A stretch of 64,000 bases of DNA from an uncultured Acidimicrobiales bacterium. Its GTDB lineage: Bacteria; Actinomycetota; Acidimicrobiia; Acidimicrobiales; UBA10347. The notes below the pieces were generated by a model. That model did no database searches, had not been told where the DNA came from, and saw only the letters and a list, made by a program, of their open reading frames with translations. Made by a program: the position numbers and the translations under genes. How positions within the stretch are numbered: position 1 is the first letter of the stretch; every line of letters starts with the position of its first letter. This document shows, piece after piece, positions 42,182-51,578 of this stretch. The stretch spans positions 124,001-188,000 of the forward strand of contig CALSSD010000013.1 in assembly GCA_943788915.1 (NCBI GenBank), in the 5' to 3' direction.

Positions 42182-42269
42182 AGCCGCCCCACGAACGAAG
42201 CCGGTCGATGGCTTGGCTGTTGGCGCTAGCGAAGTCTGCCTGCTGTGGCTGGTCGCCTAGGCTGACAGC

Positions 42270-43277
42270 ATGCAAAACGATGTGGCCTTGCTGGCCGACG
42301 GGCCGATGATCAGTGTGCAAGCGCTGCACGACGACCTCGGCTGGGAACTCAAACCCGAAGGCCTCTGTCGAGACGACGTCTGTGTGCTGGTTCCCGATCG
42401 AGCTGCCCTCGAAGTCGGCGGTCAGAATCGACGCCATGGCCGTTGCTGCCTTGCTCGACAGGCCCGCGGTACTGGACCAGGCATCGGGTGTTGCAGCCAT
42501 CGGCGCACAACGCTCCGTTCGCAAACGAGCTCTCGACGACCTGCAGGCCCCCGACTTTGTCCTGCCAGATCTAGACGGCACAGCCCCATGCGCTCTCCGA
42601 TCACCGATCCAAGAAGCGACTACTCGTCGCATTCTCAAGCTGGTGAGGATGCATCTTTGACCTGCCAGGTTGGCAGGTATTGCAAGACGAACTGGCCGAT
42701 CACAACTTCCAGGTAATTGCGGTTGCGATCGATGAAAACACCGAAGCCGTCCGAGGTTTCATGAATGGCATTACCTATCCGGTTTTGATGGATGTCGATC
42801 ATGTCCTGACTGAGTTGTACGCGATCTCCAACGTGCCGGCGGTCGTGATGATCGATGAACACGACACCATCGTGCAACCGAATTGGAATGCCTACGCGAC
42901 CGACACCTTCAAGCACTACACCGGCATCGACTCAGGCGAACAGCTCGACATCATTCGTCAATGGGTCATCAACGACACACCAATGATGTCTGTCGACGAA
43001 GCCAAGACCGCCGTCGGCGATCTTTCGGCCGAAGAAGAACAAGCCCGGCTGCATTTTCGCATTGCGAATCATCTTCGAGGCACCGGCGACCACGACGGCG
43101 CCGCCCGTAACTTCGACCGAGCGAGCGCCTTGGCACCCCACGACTGGACGATCCGTCGGGCCATGATGCCGCTTCGTGGTGCAAGATCCATTCGGCGACG
43201 AGTTCTTCGCTCTCGCCGCTGAGTACAACGAGGCCGGACGACCGTTCCACGGCGTTGCCGCCCGATCAACCAAATAA
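42270..43277 (+). CDS. ResA/TlpA-like redoxin with SW-U-GC motif, putative selenoprotein (Sec TGA at 42644-42646; indels near 42421, 42586, 43181)
   Basis: LGWELKPEGLCRDDVC, APDFVLPDLDG, LLVAFSSW*GCIFDLPGWQVLQDEL..VIAVAID..YPVLMD..ELYAISNVP, C-terminal helical tail ...DPFGDEFF... Confidence 0.82.
42660..42678 (+). promoter_or_regulatory. Putative SECIS hairpin of the redoxin gene
   Basis: ACCTGCCA-GGT-TGGCAGGT perfect 8-bp stem with GGU loop, 13 nt after TGA. Extra TGCA/TGCA pairing below it. Confidence 0.75.
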
Positions 43278-43309
43278 CCCCGATCAACCAAGCAGCACGG
43301 AGCCTCACC

Positions 43310-44086
43310 ATGTCTTTCACCGATGTGAACTACGAAAATGTCACCGTAGAACACGGTGGCCCAGTGGCCACAGTCACCTTCGACCGCGGCGGTTCGCTCA
43401 ACGCGTTCAACCAGGCCACGATTCTCGAACTGACCGATGTAGCTCGTCGATTTCAGGACGACCTCGCAACCCAAGCCGTCGTCTTGAGTGGTGCGCCGAA
43501 CGCGTTCTCCGCCGGCATCGACCTGCGTGACCCAGCGACGTGGGAAGAACTCGACGACGTAGCCTTACGCGACCGTTTCTACCGAGGTGTTCGGCTCTGC
43601 CAGGCGTGGGAAGACATGCCTCAGATCACCGTTACCGCCATGGAGGGTATGGCAGTCGGCGCAGGATGTGCGATTGCGCTTGCCTGTGACTGGCGGGTGC
43701 TCGCCAGCGATGCCTACTTGTACGTACCCGAAGTCAAGATTGGTCTCAACCTGCAGTGGGGTGCACTCCCCCGGTTGGTGACGCTTGTTGGCCCGTCCAA
43801 GGCAAAACAGATCACCCTGCTCTGCGAGAAGATGGGGCCTGACATGGCCCTCGATTGGGGCCTGATCGACAAGATCGCCGATCCTGGCCAAAGCGTCGTA
43901 GTAGCGACCGAGATGGCGAGCCGAGCTGCATCGATGCCAGCAGCTACGACCCGTATGGTGAAAGAAGCCATCAACGCCACAGCAAATGCGTTACACCGCG
44001 CGACCTCGTTCGCCGATGCCGATCAGTCGGCGTTGACCCGCAGTTACCAAGCCGCGGTCGAAGCTCGCGAAAACTTCAATCGGTAG
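43310..44086 (+). CDS. Enoyl-CoA hydratase/isomerase family protein
   Basis: FSAGIDL, AVGAGCAIALACDWR, PEVKIG. Confidence 0.9.
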   Translation: MSFTDVNYENVTVEHGGPVATVTFDRGGSLNAFNQATILELTDVARRFQDDLATQAVVLSGAPNAFSAGIDLRDPATWEELDDVALRDRFYRGVRLCQAWEDMPQITVTAMEGMAVGAGCAIALACDWRVLASDAYLYVPEVKIGLNLQWGALPRLVTLVGPSKAKQITLLCEKMGPDMALDWGLIDKIADPGQSVVVATEMASRAASMPAATTRMVKEAINATANALHRATSFADADQSALTRSYQAAVEARENFNR

Positions 44087-44098
44087 CCGCAGCAACCA

Positions 44099-45240
44099 AT
44101 GACAACACTTCCACTCACCGGACTCACCGTCGTAGCCGTCGAACAAGCCGTTGCCGCACCGCTGTGCACCGCACGACTCGTCGATGCTGGCGCTCGAGTT
44201 ATCAAAATCGAACGTGCCGACGGCGACTTCGCCCGAGGATATGACGACGCAGCCCACGGTGACAGCTCCTATTTCGCGTGGGCGAACCAGGGCAAGGAGT
44301 CGTTGGTGCTGGATATCAAGGATCCCAACGACGCAGCGTTGTTACATTCGATCCTCGATGAGGCCGACGTCTTCGTCCAGAACCTGGCACCAGGCGCACT
44401 CGAACGAGCTGGCTTCGGATCCGATGCACTCCGCGAGCGCAACCAACGTCTGATCACGTGCGACATCTCTGGTTATGGCGAGTCAGCCGAGGTCGCAGAT
44501 AAGAAGGCCTATGACCTGCTGGTGCAGGCAGAATCCGGCCTGATCGGTATCTCGGGGAGCCCGAACGAACTCGGTCGTATTGGTGTGTCGATGGTCGATG
44601 CTGGCACCGGCATGACCGCCTATTACGGCGTGCTCGAAGCAATTATCCAACGAGGCGTGACCGGCAAGGGGTCTGGCGTACGAGTGTCGTTGTTCGATGT
44701 TGCCGCCGACTGGATGACCGTGCCGCTTGCTCAACACGATTTCGGCGCTGGCGGACCGACTCGGGTTGGCCTCAAACATCCAACGATTGCTCCCTACGGC
44801 GCCTTTGAAACATCTGACGGCAGCCTGACACTCATCTCGATCCAGAATGAACGCGAATGGGTTCGGCTCTGTGAGCAGGTGCTCGTGGACACTGCGATAG
44901 CCATCGATTCCCGCTTCAACTCCAATACCAACCGGGTCGCGAATCGTGATGCCCTCGAGTCCCAGATGAACAGCATCATCGGCGCATTAAGCCGTAGCCC
45001 AGTTCCAGGCATCGGTTGACCGAGGCCTCGATCGCCTACGGCAACGTCAGCTCCCTTGCTGACCTGTCCACACACCCCGCGCTGCGGCGTCGCACCGTGC
45101 ACACCAGTACCGGCCAGACGGTCGAGCTACCTGCGCATCCGGTTCGGTGGACTGAACTTCCTGGCATGGCCGAGCGCCAATCCGGGCGGGTGCCGACCAT
45201 TGGCGAACATAACGCGGCGATTCGAGCTGAGTTCGGTTAG
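44099..45240 (+). CDS. Family III CoA transferase (frameshift near 44997)
   Basis: EQAVAAPLCT, GARVIKIER..GDFARGYD, NQGKESL, AYDLLVQAESG; C-terminus VPTIGEHNAAIRAEF. Confidence 0.88.
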
Positions 45241-45246
45241 GCGAGC

Positions 45247-46486
45247 TCAGACCATCGCTGGTTGGCGTAGGTGTCACGGCGAGCGGCAGTCGCTTGATCC
45301 CGCTGATGAAACTGGACCGCACATAAGACTCGGGTTCGGCTAGCTCAAATGATTCGATACGAGCCACGAACTGTTCGAGCAGGCACCGAGTCTCAAGTCG
45401 AGCGAGGTGCGCGCCAAGACAGAAATGGGCACCGAAGCCGAACGACAGGTGCGGATTCGGGTCACGAGTGATGTCGAACCGGTGTGGATCGTCGAAGACC
45501 TCGGGATCGCGGTTCGCTGCCGCGTAGTGCAGCACCACTCGATCATCTTTGCGGAACTGATGTCCCTTGTACGTCACGTCTTTGGTCACCGTGCGACTCA
45601 TATAGATGACAGGAGCTGCCCATCGAATAAGTTCTTCGACGGCACTGTCCCAGTAGTCACCAGTTTTGAGAAGCTCGTACTGGTCCGGATTCTTTGCCAA
45701 CTGCAGGAGGCCATGGCTGATGTTGTTGCGGGTCGTTTCGTTGCCGGCAACGAACAGCAGGGCGACGTAGCCTCCGTATTCCTCGGGGGTCAGCTCACCT
45801 CGCTGCACATGCTCGACCAGGATTGAGGCCATGTCGTCGGTCGGCGTGGCCGCTCGATCCGCATACATCGCGCGAATATACGCAGCCATCTCTTCGCTGG
45901 CCTGCTCACGCGCCTCGTCGGACGGCGAATAGTCCGGATCGTCGTTGGAGATAATGGCATTGCTCCAGGCAACAAGCTGGTCCCGGTCATCGGGCGTTGT
46001 GCCGAGCAGCTCACAGATCGCCAAAAGCGGCAATGGCACCGACAACTCATTCACAGCATCAAACACGACTGCACTGTTGTCGTGTTGTGCACGCGCTGCG
46101 GCTACGGCCTCGTCGATCAGGTGACCGGCCATGTCGTGATAGTGCTCGGTGTACCGGCGGACCACCCGAGGTGTGAATCCCTTGTTGGTCATTCGACGAA
46201 GCCGTAAATGTTCGGGATCGTCGAGGTTAAGAAGATGACGATCTTCGTCGTCCGTGTAGTTGCCGCGCAGGTTGAGGCCGTGTGCGTTCACGAAGTGTTC
46301 GGTGTCTTTGCTGATCGCTAAGACATCCTCGTGCCGGGTCAGAACCCACGCCTCGTTCATGAGCCGCTCATCAGGCACGGGTTGGAAGTGCACTGGCCGG
46401 TCGGCACGAAGGAGGTCGAGTTGGTCGTGAGGCACGCCTTCGGCATACACACGATTGGACAAGACGTCGATATCGGCCACATTCAT
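45247..46486 (-). CDS. Cytochrome P450 (3' end approximate)
   Basis: DDPEHLRLR, VAGNETT, EELIRW, FGFGAHFCLG. The natural end is near IKRLPLAVTP. Confidence 0.9.
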
Positions 46487-47028
46487 GACGTGCTCTCTTC
46501 TTCCCCGAAGTGCTCAGCTCGCTGTGCTCGATACTCGTCCATTGCCATCATTCCGGGGTTCTCGCCAAACTTCTCATGGACTCCGGCGAGTACCTCATCG
46601 CTGCTCTTACCCGGGTCCCAACCACGAACCACAGGTTGAGGAACATGCCACGGCGTATCACAGAAGATCTCGATGCCATTGCCCTCAGGATCAGCGAAGT
46701 ACACCGACACGGCATTGCCATGAGTAACGGGAGCACCATCGCCGATTCGTTCATCGGCGGTCACCCACTCGATCATCTGTTTCACATCATCGAGTGACCC
46801 AACACGAAACGCCATGTGATCCAAGCTGCCTTGGTCGCCATCGGATCGACCTGTCATCAATCCGAGTTGATGGTGATCTCGTGAGCTTCCGCTCAGAAAG
46901 ACGATCTCGGCGTCAGCGCCTACTGTTCCACGATCGGCGACTTCGAAACCGAGTGCGTCGCAGTAGAACTGCGTCATTGCCTCGATATCTCGTACCTTGA
47001 GTACCGAATGTGACCATTGGACCTGCAT
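46483..47028 (-). CDS. VOC family protein
   Basis: SHSVLKVRD, HHQL, LDHMAF, THGNAVSVYFADPEGNGIEIFCDTPW. Confidence 0.88.
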   Translation of the reverse strand: MQVQWSHSVLKVRDIEAMTQFYCDALGFEVADRGTVGADAEIVFLSGSSRDHHQLGLMTGRSDGDQGSLDHMAFRVGSLDDVKQMIEWVTADERIGDGAPVTHGNAVSVYFADPEGNGIEIFCDTPWHVPQPVVRGWDPGKSSDEVLAGVHEKFGENPGMMAMDEYRAQRAEHFGEEESTS

Positions 47029-47260
47029 AGAACACTCCCCCGAGTTGACGTTCTACACAGATCATCGCGGGCGCGTCCCTACAAGCACAAACGGTTTGGC
47101 GGTTGGCGAGAGCCGCGACGACCCTGGCCGCCCTCGCAACGACCAACCCATGTGGACACTCAGCGAACAACCCTGGCCCCGTTCTGGCACCACACAAGCA
47201 GTCAGATACGAAGCCCCACGAATTATGGCCGATTCTCGACAGCAAGACGAGCGCGGTGGC

Positions 47261-47704
47261 CTATGCGGAATGTTCGGCAGCGTTAGCGGCTGCGGTTGCC
47301 GCGGCCAGTACTTGCTTTGCAGAGAGGCCAAGAGCTGACGCCGCTGACGCGACGTCGTCCCATTCGACGCTTCGGTTGACCGGTTCGTTGTTCAGGAATG
47401 CCGTCTTCACACCGATGGCCTGGCCCCCGACGTTGACGGTCGACTGGGACCTATCGAGCACATGTCGTTGCACCTGGACCTCGCGGATACCAATGGTGGT
47501 CGTTTCGTGAAAGAAGACGGTCCGAACCCTTTCAGCACTCTCCGGTTCGCACAACGCACTCAACTGGAAGGCCGGGCGGCCCTTCTTCATCACGATCGGC
47601 GTAAGCCACGCGTCGAGTGCACCAGCGGCGAGCAACGTGTCGAGGACATGTGGCCACAGCCGGGGATCCATGTCATCGATGTTGGTCTCATAGAGCGTGG
47701 TCAT
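47261..47704 (-). CDS. larC: LarC C-terminal half (LarC2)
   Basis: ETNIDDMDP, AGALDAW.TPIVMKKGRP, FFHETTTIGIR, VEWDDV. Confidence 0.88.
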   Translation of the reverse strand: MTTLYETNIDDMDPRLWPHVLDTLLAAGALDAWLTPIVMKKGRPAFQLSALCEPESAERVRTVFFHETTTIGIREVQVQRHVLDRSQSTVNVGGQAIGVKTAFLNNEPVNRSVEWDDVASAASALGLSAKQVLAAATAAANAAEHSA

Positions 47705-47901
47705 CAGTGCCGAATCCTGAGTGGTGAAGGTAAAAGACTACTGTTTCCCTGTCGTTGGTCCGGCAGATTGACGCAGACGATTATCTGGACGTTGGGTTTG
47801 GCTACCAGCGCCGACGGCGAGCTCTACGCAGCCTCCTTCGCCGAACCTGTCGTCCGCCGGGGCTAGTTCGAGTGGGTTAACCGTCGCTTGAACCCTCGCC
47901 A

Positions 47902-48732
47902 TTAATGGCTGTGTTCGAGCAAGCCGCCTTGTTGGGCGATGACCAGAAGCACCCCGAACAGCAAGCCGCCAATCACAATGTTGCGCACCGAACGCCGGCC
48001 CGTCTCCGGATTATGGATCGCTGGCAGCGTGTCGACGGTAGCCACGTACAGAAACGTGCCCGCCGAGAACAACAGGGCCAGGGCGACAAGCTTTTCGGCC
48101 GCCTGGTCGAGCAGCTGGAACGACAACAACGTGGCAATAGGTGTAGCAATCGCGAACATCAGCAGTTCGCGATGACCACGAGATGCCTTTTCGTGCATGG
48201 CAAACACGCCAAGGCTGAATGCTGCCGGAACTCGGTGCAAGATTACGGCAACCGCCACCAGCAACGAGAACGACGACTCGCCGGTTGCTGCGGCGGCGCC
48301 AATCGCGATCCCGTCGGCAGCCGCATGCACCGACAGACCAACCGCAAGCACGGTCGACGACGTTGGGTGATGCACATGTGCGTGCCCGTGTCCTTCGACG
48401 TGATCGTGATGTTCTTCGTGGACGGCGTGACCGATGCCAAATCCTTCGAGAAGCAACATGACCATGAAACCAAGCAGGATTGTGAATCCAAGAACCACGG
48501 GTTCATACACAAATGCCTGGTCAAGTCCTGCCTCATGAGCGACCTCGGCAGCGACATGAAATCCTTCAGGGACCACGATAAGAAGGGCCGACGTCAAAAG
48601 CAGCCCGGAAGCAACACCAGTCAGGTCTTCGAGGGCCTTATTTGAGAGCTTGCCGGCTAATGCCCTGGGTGCGTATCCACCTGCCAACGACAGCACAAAT
48701 ATGACGGCGGCAATGACCAGCGTGACTCCCAT
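47902..48732 (-). CDS. ZIP family metal transporter with His-rich loop
   Basis: GHAVHEEHHDHVEGHGHAHVHH, VHAAADG, ILHRVP, FSAGTFLYVAT. Confidence 0.88.
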   Translation of the reverse strand: MGVTLVIAAVIFVLSLAGGYAPRALAGKLSNKALEDLTGVASGLLLTSALLIVVPEGFHVAAEVAHEAGLDQAFVYEPVVLGFTILLGFMVMLLLEGFGIGHAVHEEHHDHVEGHGHAHVHHPTSSTVLAVGLSVHAAADGIAIGAAAATGESSFSLLVAVAVILHRVPAAFSLGVFAMHEKASRGHRELLMFAIATPIATLLSFQLLDQAAEKLVALALLFSAGTFLYVATVDTLPAIHNPETGRRSVRNIVIGGLLFGVLLVIAQQGGLLEHSH

Positions 48733-49016
48733 GAATTTCCGAGGTTAGCCGTATGTTGGCGGTCGGCGGTCCGCCCGAGGTACAGCTTCTTCAACGGGTG
48801 CGGCTGCGGCCAAAGGAGGGTCTTCGCTACCGCAGGCCGAGACCAGCGGCACACCAAAGAAACGCCCACCTGTTGTCCCGTGCAAAGGCAGGCTGACGGC
48901 ACGTTGGCCCGACGTATTTCGGGATGGCGTGACGGGTGAAGTCTTGTCTGGTTGCGTCCGGTTCGTAACACGGCCCCGTCTGACCTACCGAGCGGTGGTC
49001 GTGGCGGCAGTGGCGG

Positions 49017-51446
49017 TTAACCACATGCGCCGCTGACCAGAATCTCCGTGACCTTGTCCACATCCAGGCCGAGGACCTCGGTCAAGACCTCATAGGTATG
49101 TTCGCCAAGACACGGCGCAGCCATACGAGGACCATTGCTGTACCCGGTGATTTGATACTGGTGGCCTTCGTACGGCACCTCGCCCATCTCAGGATGTTGC
49201 ATCCGACGGAAGAAGTCACGGTGCGCTAACTGCGGATCTTGCAGATGATCACTCGATCGCTGCACCATGCCTGCCGGCACTCCCCTGGCCTGCAATAGAT
49301 CCATCAGGGCCCGAGGTTCATACTGCTCGGTGAACTGAGTCAGACGGTCATTGATCATCGACTCGTTACTGCGGCGACCTTCGACGGTGGCTAACTCGGG
49401 ATCTTCGGCCCAGCCCGGTTCACTCAGCACCGTGCACAGGTTCCGCCATTGGTCGAGTGTCTCGATGGCGATGGCACACCACTGGTCCTCGCCCTGGCAC
49501 TGATACGCATCGTGAGGTGCATATGCCGGATCGACGTTGCCATCACGTCGGGCGTTGTGACCCGAAAGCTGAACATCGAGCAGTTGCGGTGACTGAAAGT
49601 GCAACGCCGACTCCATCTGCGCCTGATCGATGTATTGGCCCTGCCCTGTGCGGCGGCGATGGTCCAGCGCCGCCAGCAATGTGGTGGTCAAGAAGCGGGG
49701 CGCAATCGTGTCGGTGTACGCGTTCCACGGACCTCCAGGGTTGCGATCATCCCACCCGGTCATCTCGTAGAAACCACTGATTGCAGCCGCGTGATAGCCA
49801 TACCCGGCCAGTTTCGAAACCGGGCCTGTCTGGCCGAACAGGCACGTGGTGGCCATGATGATGTCGGGATTCACCTCGGTTGCTGCGGTGTACCCGAGCC
49901 CGAGTCGATCCATGGTGCCCGCCGTGAACGAGTCGAGGGCAATGTCGCACCAGGCAAGCGCCTTGCGGGCGACGTCAACTCCGACCGGGTTTTTCATATT
50001 GAGCTGCAGCGACAATTTGGACGTATTGAATGCGCCGAAGAACTGACACCGGTTGATGCCAGGTACGTCGTCGGTGAACGGCCCCACAAGGCGTAGTCGA
50101 TCTGCGGGCGCGTCGCTCTCGATGCGGATGACCGTCGCTCCGTGATCCGCCAGGGATTTGGCAGTAATCGGTCCGACGCCGATCCACGAAAAGTCGGCGA
50201 CCTTGACACCTTCGAGTGGCAACGCACGTTTCGGTTCAGCCGGCACCGTGGGCGGCCTAGATTCAGCAGGAAGAGCGGCAAATACCTCGTCTGAATGTTG
50301 ACCGACGAGCGGTGCCGGCAAGGACCACGAGAGCGGCGAATTGGAGAGTTTCACAAACGCTCCAGGTGCGCGCATGGCCGTGCCGTCGGGCAGTTCTATC
50401 TCGTCCCAGTAGTCGCGCACAGCGAGCTGAGTCATAGCGACGGTGTCTGCTGCAGTGTTTACCGGCACGAGGGTCAGTTTGCGTTCGATGGCTCCAGCGA
50501 AGATCTCGGCCTTGGTCAGTTGGCGCGTGAATTCGGTGATCTTTGTCCGCAACTCGTCAACGTCGATGACCGTCGGTTGCGCACTAAGGATGCGTCGTTC
50601 ATAGGTTGTCCAGTCTTCCGAAGCGACCCATGCATCGGTCACGGTCCCTCGTTCCTGCATCCATGGGATCAGACCGAGGAGGGTGGCCCCCATGAAGAAC
50701 ATGCAGATCTCGCCATCGGCACACGGGTAGACGAGTTCGGCGGTGATGGTGCTGAGCTGCAACGCTGTGCCGCCTCGTTCCAGATTACGACCGTCGATCG
50801 CTGAGCTGATCATGGCGTTGAGTCCGGTCCAGAACACTGCCGTCTGCACTGACATGTCCACGAACTGGGCTTCGCCCGAGGCTTGTCGCCGCTCGTGAGC
50901 CACCATGGCGCCGAGTGCGCTCTCGGCAGCGGCGTGGTGCCAGGTCTGAGGGACGGTGATCCGCACCGGACGGCGATCTCGATCACCATTGAGAGCCATT
51001 GACCCGCCCATCGCCGAAAGCGTGAGATCGGTCGCCAAATGGTCTGCATACGGACCGGTCTGGCCGAACGGCGAGAGCGCTACATACACAATGTCTGGCC
51101 GAACGGCTTTGATCGCATCGAACCCCACGCCGGCTGCGTCAGCAACTCCAGGACCGGCATTCTCGAAGACGAAGTCGGCGGTTGCAGCCAGCGCCAAAAA
51201 GTCAGACAGGCCCGATGCATCCTCGAGATCAAGCACAACACTGCGTTTACCCCGGTTGTAGGCCTGAAACGGCAGGCTCGTGGACGCTGCGTCGCCCGCC
51301 AATGGCGGCAACAGACGAGACCGGCTGCCACCTGGCGGTTCGACCTTGATGACGTCGGCACCCATACCAGCAAGCATGAACGTGGCGAGCTCTGCTCGAC
51401 CGTCAGTCAGGTCGAGAACTCGATAGGGCGCAAGTAGTCCAGTCAC
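49017..51446 (-). CDS. Tandem (two-domain) family III CoA transferase
   Basis: Two CaiB repeats: GADVIKVEPPGG...NRGKRS and LEGVKVADFSW...GATVIRIE...NTSKLS. Confidence 0.9.
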   Translation of the reverse strand: MTGLLAPYRVLDLTDGRAELATFMLAGMGADVIKVEPPGGSRSRLLPPLAGDAASTSLPFQAYNRGKRSVVLDLEDASGLSDFLALAATADFVFENAGPGVADAAGVGFDAIKAVRPDIVYVALSPFGQTGPYADHLATDLTLSAMGGSMALNGDRDRRPVRITVPQTWHHAAAESALGAMVAHERRQASGEAQFVDMSVQTAVFWTGLNAMISSAIDGRNLERGGTALQLSTITAELVYPCADGEICMFFMGATLLGLIPWMQERGTVTDAWVASEDWTTYERRILSAQPTVIDVDELRTKITEFTRQLTKAEIFAGAIERKLTLVPVNTAADTVAMTQLAVRDYWDEIELPDGTAMRAPGAFVKLSNSPLSWSLPAPLVGQHSDEVFAALPAESRPPTVPAEPKRALPLEGVKVADFSWIGVGPITAKSLADHGATVIRIESDAPADRLRLVGPFTDDVPGINRCQFFGAFNTSKLSLQLNMKNPVGVDVARKALAWCDIALDSFTAGTMDRLGLGYTAATEVNPDIIMATTCLFGQTGPVSKLAGYGYHAAAISGFYEMTGWDDRNPGGPWNAYTDTIAPRFLTTTLLAALDHRRRTGQGQYIDQAQMESALHFQSPQLLDVQLSGHNARRDGNVDPAYAPHDAYQCQGEDQWCAIAIETLDQWRNLCTVLSEPGWAEDPELATVEGRRSNESMINDRLTQFTEQYEPRALMDLLQARGVPAGMVQRSSDHLQDPQLAHRDFFRRMQHPEMGEVPYEGHQYQITGYSNGPRMAAPCLGEHTYEVLTEVLGLDVDKVTEILVSGACG

Positions 51447-51578
51447 GCCCTAACCATGTCAGCTACGCGGCTGCTTCGGCAATTGCGTGACGTCGAGACC
51501 CGCCGGCAGAGAGCAAAGCCAGCATCACATGAGCTAGGAACGAGCAATCTCCGGTCGGGGCTGCTGCGCCGTTGTGTT

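Noticed and set aside
45047..45246. Long C-terminal extension of the P450 ORF
   Set aside because: Overlaps the convergent CoA transferase 3' end on the other strand. More likely a lost stop or indel.
47101..47148. Imperfect hairpin GGTTGG..GCGAG...CTCGC..CCAACC as a riboswitch/ncRNA
   Set aside because: No recognisable family motif, and such pairing is common in GC-rich DNA. Would need an Rfam/covariation search.
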